A stretch of 64,000 bases of DNA, taken from assembly GCA_003597955.1 (NCBI GenBank), contig QZJU01000021.1, positions 44,880-108,879 of the forward strand, written 5' to 3'. The notes under the pieces were generated by a model. It saw nothing but the letters and a program-made list of their open reading frames with translations, was not told where the DNA came from and did no database searches. Below are positions 1-9,198 of this stretch, one piece after another (the first letter of the stretch is position 1; every line of letters starts with the position of its first letter). Origin of the DNA: Candidatus Parcubacteria bacterium (lineage in GTDB: Bacteria; Patescibacteriota; Patescibacteriia; PEXW01). The translations under genes and the position numbers were made by a program.

Positions 1-1
1 G

Positions 2-1027
2 CCCTGCCGCGATGAGAATCAAGAAGCGGCATACATTGCCCAGCGGGTTTTGGAATTCCAGGCCACGGGCATGAAATTAGCCGAGATTGCGGTTTTGGTA
101 AGGGCCGTAAGCCATACCCAGGCGATTGAATTTGAACTGGCCAAGCGCGAAATCCCGTACCTGGTTCGCGGTGGTTTGCGGTTTTTTGAAAGGGCGCATA
201 TAAAGGATGTGGTTTCTCACCTAAAAATTTTGGCCAACCCCAATGACGAAGTCGCCTGGTTGCGGGCTTTGGGTTTGCAGGTCGGCGTTGGTCCGAAAAC
301 CGCCACCGAGGTTTTTTTAAGGTTACAAGAAAAGAATATTGGGGTTAAAGAATTGGCCAAAGTTAACTTTACGGAATTAGTCGACCGCCGCGCCAACCGG
401 GGCATAGAAATTTTTCAAAAAACCTTGCGCTTAATGCTGGTCGCCGGCTATAAGGATAAAAAAACCGGGGAAACCGTTTTCGCCCCCCAAGATTTAATTA
501 GGATTATTGCCACCAGCGATTATGTGGATTATTTGCGGAGCCAATATCCGAACGCTGACGAAAGGCTGCAGGACTTGGAGCAGCTGGCCTTGTTTGCGGG
601 AAAATACAAGTCTTTGAATTCTTTTTTGGCGGATGTCAGTTTGCAGGAAGCATTTAGCGCGGGCGCGGCAGTTTCGGCCGAAAACGATGACGCGCTTATC
701 TTATCCACCGTGCATCAAGCCAAAGGCCTTGAATGGGAAGCGGTTTTCGTGCCGCGTTTGACCGAGGGCGGCTTCCCTAATGCGCGGGCCTTGGATGAGC
801 CTATGGGCATTGAAGAAGAACGGCGACTTTTTTACGTAGCGGTCACGCGCGCTAAAACTTGGCTGACTTTGACTTACCCGCTTTTGCTAAATCCCGCTGG
901 CTCGATGATTCTGACTCGGCCGTCCAGGTTCATTGAAGAAGTTCCGGAAAGCCAACTGGATCGGGTTGAGATTGAAGAAGAAGCTTTTGGCGAATGGGAC
1001 GGCACTGAACGCATTATTCAAATCTAA
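2..1027 (+). CDS. uvrD: UvrD/PcrA superfamily 1 helicase, C-terminal part (5' end outside window)
   Basis: Frame open from position 2. Motifs STVHQAKGLEW and EEERRLFYVAVTRAK. Confidence 0.93.
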   Translation, partial: PCRDENQEAAYIAQRVLEFQATGMKLAEIAVLVRAVSHTQAIEFELAKREIPYLVRGGLRFFERAHIKDVVSHLKILANPNDEVAWLRALGLQVGVGPKTATEVFLRLQEKNIGVKELAKVNFTELVDRRANRGIEIFQKTLRLMLVAGYKDKKTGETVFAPQDLIRIIATSDYVDYLRSQYPNADERLQDLEQLALFAGKYKSLNSFLADVSLQEAFSAGAAVSAENDDALILSTVHQAKGLEWEAVFVPRLTEGGFPNARALDEPMGIEEERRLFYVAVTRAKTWLTLTYPLLLNPAGSMILTRPSRFIEEVPESQLDRVEIEEEAFGEWDGTERIIQI

Positions 1028-1030
1028 AAA

Positions 1031-1061
1031 AATCCCGTCAAGTTTTTTGGTTGACGGGATT
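1031..1061. terminator. Hairpin between convergent genes
   Basis: AATCCCGTCAA / TTGACGGGATT inverted repeat, with an A-run on the left. Confidence 0.65.
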
Positions 1062-1069
1062 AGGCAGGA

Positions 1070-1573
1070 TCAGTTGAGCGTCCGCCAGCCTCTGTCCCCG
1101 GAATTTTTGCAATAGACGCTTAACTGGCGAGGTATGAAATTTCCCTTGAAATCAGAGGTGGTCAACTCGGTCAGCAATTGGTCGAGTGATTCGCCCAGCA
1201 CATTTCTGGCGACGGTAATATGAAAAGTTGAGGTTTCATCCTGAAAAGGGCTAAGTTTAGGCAGCACCCGGCAAACCGCGTCCTGGGCCGTTTGCAGAGT
1301 TTTGCCTTCGCAGCCGAGGTAAACCACGTTCTCCTGGTCCCCAGACATAAAGGTGTTGGCTCCGCCGTATTTAACCGCCGAGTTGACGACCTCAAGTCTG
1401 GCAATTTCTTGCAGGGCCGCCTGTTGTTCGGCGCCTAAATTGAAAGGCCGAATGATGGTAATGTGCGGGGGCAGGCTCGGGTCTGCGTTGGGCTGAAAAT
1501 TTTTGCGAAGCGCGAGAATGCGCTTGGTCAGAATTTCTGGCAACAAAAAAACAATCACATACTTGGTTTCCAT
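1070..1573 (-). CDS. 2H phosphoesterase (2'-5' RNA ligase/LigT-like)
   Basis: Two HxT motifs (PHITI, FHITV). GGAGG precedes the ATG at 1573. Confidence 0.85.
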   Translation of the reverse strand: METKYVIVFLLPEILTKRILALRKNFQPNADPSLPPHITIIRPFNLGAEQQAALQEIARLEVVNSAVKYGGANTFMSGDQENVVYLGCEGKTLQTAQDAVCRVLPKLSPFQDETSTFHITVARNVLGESLDQLLTELTTSDFKGNFIPRQLSVYCKNSGDRGWRTLN

Positions 1574-1691
1574 TTTTCCTCCATGAACCATGTTTAATTT
1601 TTTTAGTTTTATCTAAATACCCTAGCAAACCCTGGAAATTTGTCAAAGGCCAATGTTAAAAAGCTACGGAATAAATTATAATCAAGACAAC

Positions 1692-2978
1692 ATGCCTACC
1701 CACAAAACTCAAGATTTATTTGATCAAAGATTGGAAAAAGAATTCGGACGCCACGCGCCCTTGGCCGACCGGATGCGGCCGGAAAAACTGGAGGATTTTT
1801 TCGGCCAAACGGAGATAATCGGCCAGGGCAAGCTGTTGCGCCAAGCCATTGAAAACGACGAAATTTTTTCCATAATTTTCTGGGGGCCGCCGGGCAGCGG
1901 CAAAACCACTTTAGCCAGGATTATCGCCAAACTGACCAAGTCGCATTTTGAACAAATTTCGGCCGTAACTTCGGGCCTGGCGGATTTACGGGCGTTGGTC
2001 AAGCAGGCGCTGGAGAGGCGGAAGTTCCAGAATTTACGGACCATTCTTTTTGTGGATGAAATTCATCGCTGGAACAAAGCCCAGCAGGATTCATTTTTGC
2101 CTTATGTGGAAAACGGCACCATTACTTTAATAGGCGCCACCACAGAAAACCCGTCTTTTGAAGTGATTTCGCCGCTGCTTTCCCGCGCCCGGGTTTTTGT
2201 TTTGGAAAGGCTGGGCGTTCCGGAATTATCCAGAATTGTGAAGCGCGCTTTATTGGATAAAGAAAGAGGTTTGGGCAAGGAAAAAATTAAGCTTGAGGCC
2301 AAGGGCATAGATGTTTTATTGGCCGGATCAAACGGCGATGCCCGGACTTTATTAAATGCTCTGGAAATCGCGGTCAAAGCCACAGCCAAAGACGCAAAAG
2401 GCGTTAAACATATTAAAACCCAGACCGTGGAAGAAGCTTTGCAGCACAAAGCTTTAATGTTCGATAAAAAAGGCGAAGAGCATTACAATGTGATTTCGGC
2501 TTTCATTAAATCCATGCGCGGGTCAGATCCGGACGCGAGCTTGTATTGGTTGAATCGTTTGGTGGAGGCCGGGGAAGATCCGGAATTCATTGCCCGGCGC
2601 ATGGTGGTTTTTGCTTCGGAAGATGTGGGCTTGGCTGATCCAAATGCGCTTGCCGTGGCCGTGAATGTTTTTCAAGCCGTGAAGCTAATCGGCTATCCCG
2701 AATGCCAGATAAATTTGGCTCACGGCGTGGTTTACTTGGCATTAACTCCGAAAAACAACACGGCCTATATGGGCTTAATGAACGCCAAGCAAGACGTGAA
2801 AGATACTTTAAATGAGCCCGTGTCTTTGCATTTGCGCAACGCGGTCACGGATTTGATGAAAGATTTGGGCTATCACAAAGGTTATAAATACAGCCATGAT
2901 TATGATAAAGAGGAGGGTAAACAGGAATATTTGCCAAAGAAATTAGTAGGTCGGAAGTATTTTTTTCCAAAAAAATGA
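1692..2978 (+). CDS. rarA: Replication-associated recombination protein A (RarA/MgsA AAA+ ATPase)
   Basis: PLADRMRP, GPPGSGKTT, VDEIHR, ISAFIKSMRGSDPD. Start moved to ATG 1692. Confidence 0.95.
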   Translation: MPTHKTQDLFDQRLEKEFGRHAPLADRMRPEKLEDFFGQTEIIGQGKLLRQAIENDEIFSIIFWGPPGSGKTTLARIIAKLTKSHFEQISAVTSGLADLRALVKQALERRKFQNLRTILFVDEIHRWNKAQQDSFLPYVENGTITLIGATTENPSFEVISPLLSRARVFVLERLGVPELSRIVKRALLDKERGLGKEKIKLEAKGIDVLLAGSNGDARTLLNALEIAVKATAKDAKGVKHIKTQTVEEALQHKALMFDKKGEEHYNVISAFIKSMRGSDPDASLYWLNRLVEAGEDPEFIARRMVVFASEDVGLADPNALAVAVNVFQAVKLIGYPECQINLAHGVVYLALTPKNNTAYMGLMNAKQDVKDTLNEPVSLHLRNAVTDLMKDLGYHKGYKYSHDYDKEEGKQEYLPKKLVGRKYFFPKK

Positions 2979-3523
2979 AATTGCCGCGGTTTAACGAAGC
3001 AGGTTATGCGCATTTTGTTACGTCTAAAACCTATAAAAGCCGAAAAGTTTTTGACAATAAAGAGTGTTGTGAAATTCTGGTTGAGGATTTGAACTTTTAT
3101 GCAAAGAAGTTAAATTTTGAAATTTTAGGTTATTGCGTGATGCCGGAACACCTTCATTTAATTGTGCAGTGGGATGCGGAGAAACATCCGAAATTAACAA
3201 TTTCGAAAATAATGCAAGCGATAAAAAACCATTCTGCAAAAGAAATCGCTTTTTATTTAAAAACGGGTAGGCGAAAGCCCTCGCTTTCGCCATATTCAAA
3301 AGACGCGAGCGAGGGCTCGCGTCTACCCGCGAACTATAAATGGCTTGATCGTGGTTTAGTCCATACTAATTCGCTTGTAAAAATCTGGCAAGCCTCATTC
3401 TACGACTTCAACATTTATTCGGAAAGAATTCTTAACCAAAAATACACCTACATTTATTACAACCCGGTCCGCGCGGGCTTGTGTGAAAAGCCCGAGGATT
3501 GGCCGTGGACTTCCATCAAATAA
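2975..3523 (+). mobile_element. REP-associated tyrosine (HUH/Y1) transposase-like protein, RAYT/IS200 family
   Basis: HFVT, MPEHLHL (HUH), IWQASFYD, YIYYNPVRAGL..PEDWPWTS. ATGA overlap with rarA. Confidence 0.88.
3264..3329. repeat. Inverted doublet of GTAG-type REP hairpins inside the transposase CDS
   Basis: CGGGTAG-GCGAAAGC-CCTC-GCTTTCGC-C on + (3264-3291). CGGGTAG-ACGCGAGC-CCTC-GCTCGCGT-C on - (3329-3302). Confidence 0.85.
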
Positions 3524-3525
3524 AA

Positions 3526-3551
3526 AACCAGTCCCATAAATGAGACTGGTT
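3526..3551. terminator. Hairpin between convergent genes
   Basis: AACCAGTCCCAT / ATGAGACTGGTT. Confidence 0.55.
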
Positions 3552-3567
3552 AATGAGCGATTTTTCA

Positions 3568-4194
3568 TTATGCAAACTGGAGTTTTGGTAAGTATGGCTC
3601 TGGGATTTCCACCAGGTCGCCCGCTTCAATGTACTTAAGAATACGCTCGATTTCTCCTTCAATCGTCTTGTCCGAAACCACGAAGTTGTTAGGTGGCTGC
3701 GGCGAGTACACCCAATAGCGCAGGTTTTCATTCGCCGGCGCATTTTTAGGTATTGTCCTGGCCACCCGGGCCATGTGATACCAACTGGTGATGACCACAA
3801 CATTACCTTGGCTGTTGAGAATGCGCGGTTCGGTGTTAAGAACCGTGAATTGGGACTTGGTGTTTCCATGAGGCCTGGCCCCGCAATCGACGCAAGCAAT
3901 GCGTCCAGCTGGAATGTCACATTCGAGCGCTGTTTTTAGCATCATGGGGAGCTGATTACGCTCGCCGTTAAGCATGATCCAGGGATTCCGAGAACCCATT
4001 GTAAAGTCGAGAACTGCGGCCGAGTAAATTCTGTCAATATTTTCCTCGCTCCATTCGGCAATGATTCTTCCGCCACGCATCGCCGGTGGCCCTGAAAGCA
4101 CCATTATGCCAATTGGCGATTCAAGCGGCAGTATGCGACCGTCCGTTTTGGCAAGCAGGATTTCCCCGCGCAAAGTTTCTGCAGAGATTTTCAA
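3568..4194 (-). CDS. YdcF/DUF218 (ElyC/SanA-like) family protein
   Basis: NTxxQ and VITSWYHMARV motifs. TTG start at 4194 preceded by GGAGGT. Confidence 0.65.
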   Translation of the reverse strand: MKISAETLRGEILLAKTDGRILPLESPIGIMVLSGPPAMRGGRIIAEWSEENIDRIYSAAVLDFTMGSRNPWIMLNGERNQLPMMLKTALECDIPAGRIACVDCGARPHGNTKSQFTVLNTEPRILNSQGNVVVITSWYHMARVARTIPKNAPANENLRYWVYSPQPPNNFVVSDKTIEGEIERILKYIEAGDLVEIPEPYLPKLQFA

Positions 4195-4270
4195 TGTATA
4201 CCTCCAATATCTCAATTTGTTTTTTTGAACCGGTTACATTACCATAATTAATATAGCCTGTCAATGCTTT

Positions 4271-4642
4271 ATGCCCAAACACCCTAAAAAAGTTTTTCAG
4301 AACAAAATGTCCTGGGGCGACAAAATCGCGATTAAGATCGCGGATTTCACCGGGAACATGGTTTTTGTCTGGCTGCATGTCTGGTTGTTTACGCTCTGGA
4401 TCGGCGTGAATTTAATCGCTCGGGAATTCGCTTGGGATCCCTACCCGTTCAATTTTTTGACCATGGTGGTTTCTCTGGAAGCCATTTTTCTTTCCACCTT
4501 TGTTTTGATCGCCCAAAACCGGGAAGCAAAAAGGAATGAAATTCGGGAACAGCTGGATTTTGAGGTAAATGTTAAGGCGGAAAAGGAAATTCTGGAAATT
4601 AAAGGCTTGTTAGCGAGGCTGGAGAGAAAGCTAAAGAAATAA
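4271..4642 (+). CDS. DUF1003 membrane protein
   Basis: WDPYPFNFLTMVVSLEAIFLSTFVLIAQNR signature. Confidence 0.9.
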   Translation: MPKHPKKVFQNKMSWGDKIAIKIADFTGNMVFVWLHVWLFTLWIGVNLIAREFAWDPYPFNFLTMVVSLEAIFLSTFVLIAQNREAKRNEIREQLDFEVNVKAEKEILEIKGLLARLERKLKK

Positions 4643-4674
4643 TTAATAAAACAAGAAAAAGCCAATTGTCTTGA

Positions 4675-4776
4675 CCCCGTTAGAGTTTTTAACTTATTTT
4701 TCTAAGAAATAATAATATCTTTATCATCAAGATGTTAATATATTTAAAATTACGGGAATTTAAAACTCTAACGGGG
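4675..4776. repeat. MITE-like element with 15-bp terminal inverted repeats and an AT-rich interior
   Basis: CCCCGTTAGAGTTTT (4675-4689) / AAAACTCTAACGGGG (4762-4776). Confidence 0.75.
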
Positions 4777-4777
4777 A

Positions 4778-4806
4778 TTGACAGATGCTGGCCGATTTGT
4801 TAATGC
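4778..4806 (+). promoter_or_regulatory. Sigma70-type promoter
   Basis: TTGACA-17-TAATGC with TGn extension. Confidence 0.55.
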
Positions 4807-4824
4807 AAAGATAAGTTCTTTGAA

Positions 4825-4986
4825 ATGAAAAAATTCTTCGGTCAAAACCGACTGCGTTCAAGCGGCATTTTAGCCGATTTAGCGCGGGCAATTACGCCTG
4901 AAGAAAACCTTCGGCTCTTAGGCTCCGGCCCGTTTGCGATAGAATTGGGAAGGAGGGAAAGAGAAGGAGAGCATAGTCATGTCTGA
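4825..4986 (+). CDS. Possible 53-aa small ORF (MKKFFGQNRL...EHSHV) overlapping the next start
   Basis: Manually translated. Fills the leader from the promoter to the 4979 ATG. No recognisable family. Confidence 0.35.
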   Translation: MKKFFGQNRLRSSGILADLARAITPEENLRLLGSGPFAIELGRREREGEHSHV

Positions 4987-5812
4987 TTTAGTTGAAACCG
5001 TCGCGGTTAAGGCCAATTGTTGCAAATGCGACAACCCTAAAAATTTTTGGGTTTTTGGCAATTTAACCCAATGCGCAGTTGTCGCCAGCCAAAACAAATT
5101 AATTCTGCGGAAAGATTTTGGTAGAAGAATCGGTATTAATCATGCCGTAATGATTGAGTGTAAGAATTGCCATCGGCTGACCGTGCATTTGCCGGTTAGA
5201 CAGAAAGATATTTGGAATTTTTCTTTGGTCGCACCATACAAAGACAATTGGAAGACGATTAAACCAAGAGGTTGGCGGAGAAATGTTCGTTTTATCTGGC
5301 CTGATGAAGAGTTTTTGGACATTAGTAAGCGCGATCTCATGAATTGTATTGCAATCAAAATTTCCTTACCAAAACAGGCGTCATCATTTTGGACAATTCG
5401 GTTTTTGCACTCGCCCCGTAATAATTTTCGACGGTCATATCTATGTGGCACAGCCTTCGATATGTTTAGTAGTTATATCAAGGGTGATTACAAAGAATTT
5501 AGAAATGGTTTTAGTGAGTACAAAAACAGAGCTGCGGGTGAATTAATCGAAGATGTCCAGCTCGAATTGAATCGACTTCACAACCTTAAGCAAGAAAAGG
5601 AAGTGCTGTCGTTAGCGGTCGAGCGAGCCATTATTGCTCTGTATCAAGCCCGGCACATTTCAAAGTCCGTCAAACTGAAAGAAATTCGCGAAAATCTACA
5701 ACAGGCCCTGACCCAAGTTGGCATGCCATTGCTCAAGCTGGAGGAGTCTGAACCAATTAAGAAGGCTGATGTACTTATCGCTGAAACTTCTGGTTCGGGC
5801 ACTGGCGAATAG
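4979..5812 (+). CDS. Hypothetical protein with Cys-rich N-terminus and coiled-coil C-terminus
   Basis: 277-aa ORF with AAGGAG SD, CCKC and CKNC motifs, and a downstream hairpin. Confidence 0.7.
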   Translation: MSDLVETVAVKANCCKCDNPKNFWVFGNLTQCAVVASQNKLILRKDFGRRIGINHAVMIECKNCHRLTVHLPVRQKDIWNFSLVAPYKDNWKTIKPRGWRRNVRFIWPDEEFLDISKRDLMNCIAIKISLPKQASSFWTIRFLHSPRNNFRRSYLCGTAFDMFSSYIKGDYKEFRNGFSEYKNRAAGELIEDVQLELNRLHNLKQEKEVLSLAVERAIIALYQARHISKSVKLKEIRENLQQALTQVGMPLLKLEESEPIKKADVLIAETSGSGTGE

Positions 5813-5821
5813 TTATTTTTT

Positions 5822-5849
5822 AACCCACTCAATTTTTATTGAGTGGGTT
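5822..5849 (+). terminator. Intrinsic terminator-like hairpin
   Basis: AACCCACTCAAT / ATTGAGTGGGTT. Confidence 0.6.
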
Positions 5850-5907
5850 CTTGATTTTTAGGTCAATTTTTGCTATACTATCCATACTGAAAATAAAAAT
5901 AAATACC

Positions 5908-7197
5908 ATGCTACAATTACAGCCAATGAAAAGACTTTTTTTATTGCCAGCCGTAGTTTTATGTGCCGCTGGTTTTTTGGTTCTGGCTAAACCAGCTGCG
6001 GCTTTAGACCGCGCTCTTGTTTACGGACCCAAAGCCGATGCCAATATTCTGGACCAGCCTTTAAAGATCGCGGGCATTATTCCGGTCAACAGTCGAGTAT
6101 TTTTTGTGCTCAATGGCAGAGTCATTGGTTCTGCTGGTGCGCAGAAAACGAAGAACAAGAAAGCCACAACTTCGGCTTTCTCATTTACTTATAAAAAAAC
6201 TTTGAAGGCGGGAACCTACGCTTTGGAAACCCAGGTCTACAAATCCGGGGAGTGGAGCGACAAAACTTCACAAAGTATAACTGTACCGGCAAAGTGGCAG
6301 CGGAAAATCGACGGTATGCAGGTCAAGACCTCAGAATGGAATAAATTGCCAATCGGCATAATGATTGAAAATACACCCGACGCTCGGCCTCAAGCTGGAT
6401 TGGGCCAAGCCAGCGTGGTTTATGAAACTTTGGCTGAAGGCGGAGTCACCCGCTTCTTGGCTATTTTCCCCCAGGCAACCAAACCGAAATTAGTAGGGCC
6501 AGTACGATCCAGTCGGCCGTACTATGTGGACTGGGCCAAAGAATACGACGCGATCTATCTTCACGCCGGCGGCAGCCGTGACGCTTTGAATGAAATTGGC
6601 AAATTAAAAGTCCGGTCTTTTGACGCGCTGACAAAAAGAGCTTACAGTTTTACTTTCCGCAAGTGCGTGGGCGTGCACTGCTTGTTCACGGACAAAGCCC
6701 GCTTGCAGGGCTTGGTTAACAAATACAAATTAACCACCCAAAATGCCATTTCCCAAGGCTGGATATTCAAAAATGATGTGCCCTTAAAAAATCGGCCAAA
6801 GCACTCCAAAAAAATTACCATTGATTTCAACGGCCGGACTTATCGCGTGGACTGGCAATACGATCGCAAAACCAATCGCTACAAAAGGTGGAACGGCGGG
6901 GTGATAGCCAAAGATCGGAACACGGGCAAGCAGTTAACCGCGGCAAATATAGTGGTTATGCGCGTGCCCAAAGAAAAAGTTTTGGATCGGAAGCTCCGGA
7001 TTTCGTTGAAATTAACGGGCAAAGGCAGTGCGACATTGTATCGCGACGGCAATGCCATCAATGTTCAGTGGCGAAAAGCCTCTGCCTCGGCCCGAACGAA
7101 ATTCTATTCCAAAGCCACTGGTAAAGAAATTGAATTCAATCGCGGCCAGACTTGGATAGAAGTCGTGCCCGGCACTCGCAAAGTCACTTATCGCTAA
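5908..7197 (+). CDS. DUF3048 (YerB-like) exported protein with an N-terminal Ig-like domain
   Basis: Signal peptide; MIENTPDARPQAGL, EGGVTRF, GPVRSSR, HAGGS. Start could be 5908 or 5926. Confidence 0.88.
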   Translation: MLQLQPMKRLFLLPAVVLCAAGFLVLAKPAAALDRALVYGPKADANILDQPLKIAGIIPVNSRVFFVLNGRVIGSAGAQKTKNKKATTSAFSFTYKKTLKAGTYALETQVYKSGEWSDKTSQSITVPAKWQRKIDGMQVKTSEWNKLPIGIMIENTPDARPQAGLGQASVVYETLAEGGVTRFLAIFPQATKPKLVGPVRSSRPYYVDWAKEYDAIYLHAGGSRDALNEIGKLKVRSFDALTKRAYSFTFRKCVGVHCLFTDKARLQGLVNKYKLTTQNAISQGWIFKNDVPLKNRPKHSKKITIDFNGRTYRVDWQYDRKTNRYKRWNGGVIAKDRNTGKQLTAANIVVMRVPKEKVLDRKLRISLKLTGKGSATLYRDGNAINVQWRKASASARTKFYSKATGKEIEFNRGQTWIEVVPGTRKVTYR

Positions 7198-7201
7198 AAA
7201 A

Positions 7202-7615
7202 ATGAAGAACCCATTTTCCATCGCGTTTGTTATCGTGGCCGTTTTGATTTTTTCCGGTTGCACTTTTGGCAAGAAAATCACCAACACCGCAGGCGAATTA
7301 ACCAATGATGCCGGCAAGTTGGTCAACAAGGCTACCGGTATTACCGATATCGGCATTAAGCAAGCTGCGGATTTAAGCTTTGCTAAAGCGCGGGCTAAAG
7401 AATTTTACAGTTCTTTCATCGCCCAAGGCGAAGACTTAAGTTCGGGTCCTTGCCTTTCGGATAATTTAACTACGGGTTGGGTGGCGGATTTGGTGCATAA
7501 CCCCCGGCAGCCGATTGATGACGATCCAAAAAACCAGTGTCCAAGTTTTGTGAACGGTCAAAAGCAGCATTTTGTAGAACTGGATTTAAATGGAAATTTT
7601 GTTAGAGGGCAATAG
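7202..7615 (+). CDS. Hypothetical lipoprotein
   Basis: Lipobox IFSGC and a C-terminal GPCL..WVAD..HNPR..NQC domain. Confidence 0.75.
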   Translation: MKNPFSIAFVIVAVLIFSGCTFGKKITNTAGELTNDAGKLVNKATGITDIGIKQAADLSFAKARAKEFYSSFIAQGEDLSSGPCLSDNLTTGWVADLVHNPRQPIDDDPKNQCPSFVNGQKQHFVELDLNGNFVRGQ

Positions 7616-7660
7616 CTAATTTTAAAGAGAAAATAAAAAAAGTCGTGGGTCTTACTTGAC

Positions 7661-8941
7661 TCACGACTTGTTTAATGATGAGCGTTTAAGTTTTGAATGG
7701 TGATTCTCGAATTTGGGTAGAGCAGCGAGCAGTTGCTGCGTGATGGCATCGGCTTTGAAAATCTGTTTTTGGGCCTTTTGCCACGATTTTTGTTTTAGAA
7801 TTTTTTGCAAATGGCCGTGCAAAATTTCCAATTGTGCGATGAGCGCTTCAAAAACCCGGAGCGGGCTTCTTTCGGAAAAAGGCGAATCCGGTAAGCCCAG
7901 CAGGCCTTGTTGAAAAAGCTTGATAACATTCCGGATATAGTGCAGTTCCACCCACAGCGCGCGGATGCAGTTTTTTTCAACCGTGGCGCGGATTCGGGCT
8001 TTTTGTCGGGCCTTCAATTGTTCGGCCTCGAATATTCCCAAAAGTTCAATCTGACCGGAGTTCAGGTTTCGCAAATGCTTGCTGACCAGTCCGTGGAAAT
8101 CGGTCACTTTGTAGTTTTTCACTAAGGCGTTTTTAAACCACCAACTTTTGATTTGCGCCAGCGTTTCTCCGTTTTGTTGCAACCGGGCCAGCTCAATCGC
8201 AATGCCATAGGGGATTAAGCCCGTTTTGACCGCCCGCTGTATGGAAGCGGGCAACCGGCAGTAACGTAAAGCGTTGCTGACAGTTTGGGGACTGCGGCCC
8301 ACCTGCAAGGCAAAATGTTTGAGCGTATAAGTGGTGTTGATGCCTTTAATCAGTCGAAAAAGCATATCGTAAACATAAGCTTCGTCCTCGGGCGGAATGG
8401 CCATATGCGTGTTTTCCGAAAGCTGCAAAAACAAAGCGGGCAAAGCGGAAATGCCTCGACACAGGTTAATCCGGATTTTTTCTTTTCGAAAATGTTTCCG
8501 AAAGCACTCGCCCGGCTTAAGCTTAAAGTTGGTTTCCCGGCAAACTTCACAGCCGGTTTCCCACAAGTATTTGCATGCCCGCAAGCGCCTTTCTCCAGCC
8601 AGCAAAACATAGTAGCGATTTCGGCCTTTTATGGTTTGGGATCGAAATTGCTTGAGGCGAAACCGGGTGCCCCACAACTGGTTAATGGTTCTTAAGTACT
8701 GCCAAAAGCCATTTTCGGTGAATTCCGCGATGGTTGGCGGATGCAAAAGGCCTTTTTGGGCTAAGTCATTGCCCAGTTCGGGAATATTTTCGAATTTTTG
8801 CCTGGGTTGCGGCAGCACGATGATCGAAAAAATCTCAATTTCGCTGGGAATATATTTATAGGGCTGGGAGCCGTTGCCCAAAAGATTCGCGAAAGCGTCC
8901 AACCGGTTTGGGGTTTTTGAGGTGGGCGGGATTTTCGCCAA
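7661..8941 (-). CDS. Orphan ParB/Srx-domain protein with HTH
   Basis: QPRQKF, LLAGERRLRAC, QLSEN and an HTH-like FALQVGRSPQTVSNAL. TTG start with AGGAGG. Confidence 0.78.
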   Translation of the reverse strand: MAKIPPTSKTPNRLDAFANLLGNGSQPYKYIPSEIEIFSIIVLPQPRQKFENIPELGNDLAQKGLLHPPTIAEFTENGFWQYLRTINQLWGTRFRLKQFRSQTIKGRNRYYVLLAGERRLRACKYLWETGCEVCRETNFKLKPGECFRKHFRKEKIRINLCRGISALPALFLQLSENTHMAIPPEDEAYVYDMLFRLIKGINTTYTLKHFALQVGRSPQTVSNALRYCRLPASIQRAVKTGLIPYGIAIELARLQQNGETLAQIKSWWFKNALVKNYKVTDFHGLVSKHLRNLNSGQIELLGIFEAEQLKARQKARIRATVEKNCIRALWVELHYIRNVIKLFQQGLLGLPDSPFSERSPLRVFEALIAQLEILHGHLQKILKQKSWQKAQKQIFKADAITQQLLAALPKFENHHSKLKRSSLNKS

Positions 8942-9198
8942 AACTGCCTCCTTTCTTAATTTTTTTAAAGTACGATTTTGGTTATTTTTTACACCCCGTG
9001 TGGCGGTAAGTCAACCCCGGATTCCTTTTAAAAGAAGGCGTCGTTTTGGTTGTGGTTAAAGCTTAATTAAAAACTATACCCTTAAAACGGTACCGATATC
9101 AATACCTAAGACCTCTAACCTCAACCATTTATCGGAAAGGGCGTGGGTTAAGAAAATTCCAGCTGTTTTTTTGCAAAAAATGTGCTAGGTTTTTACAT

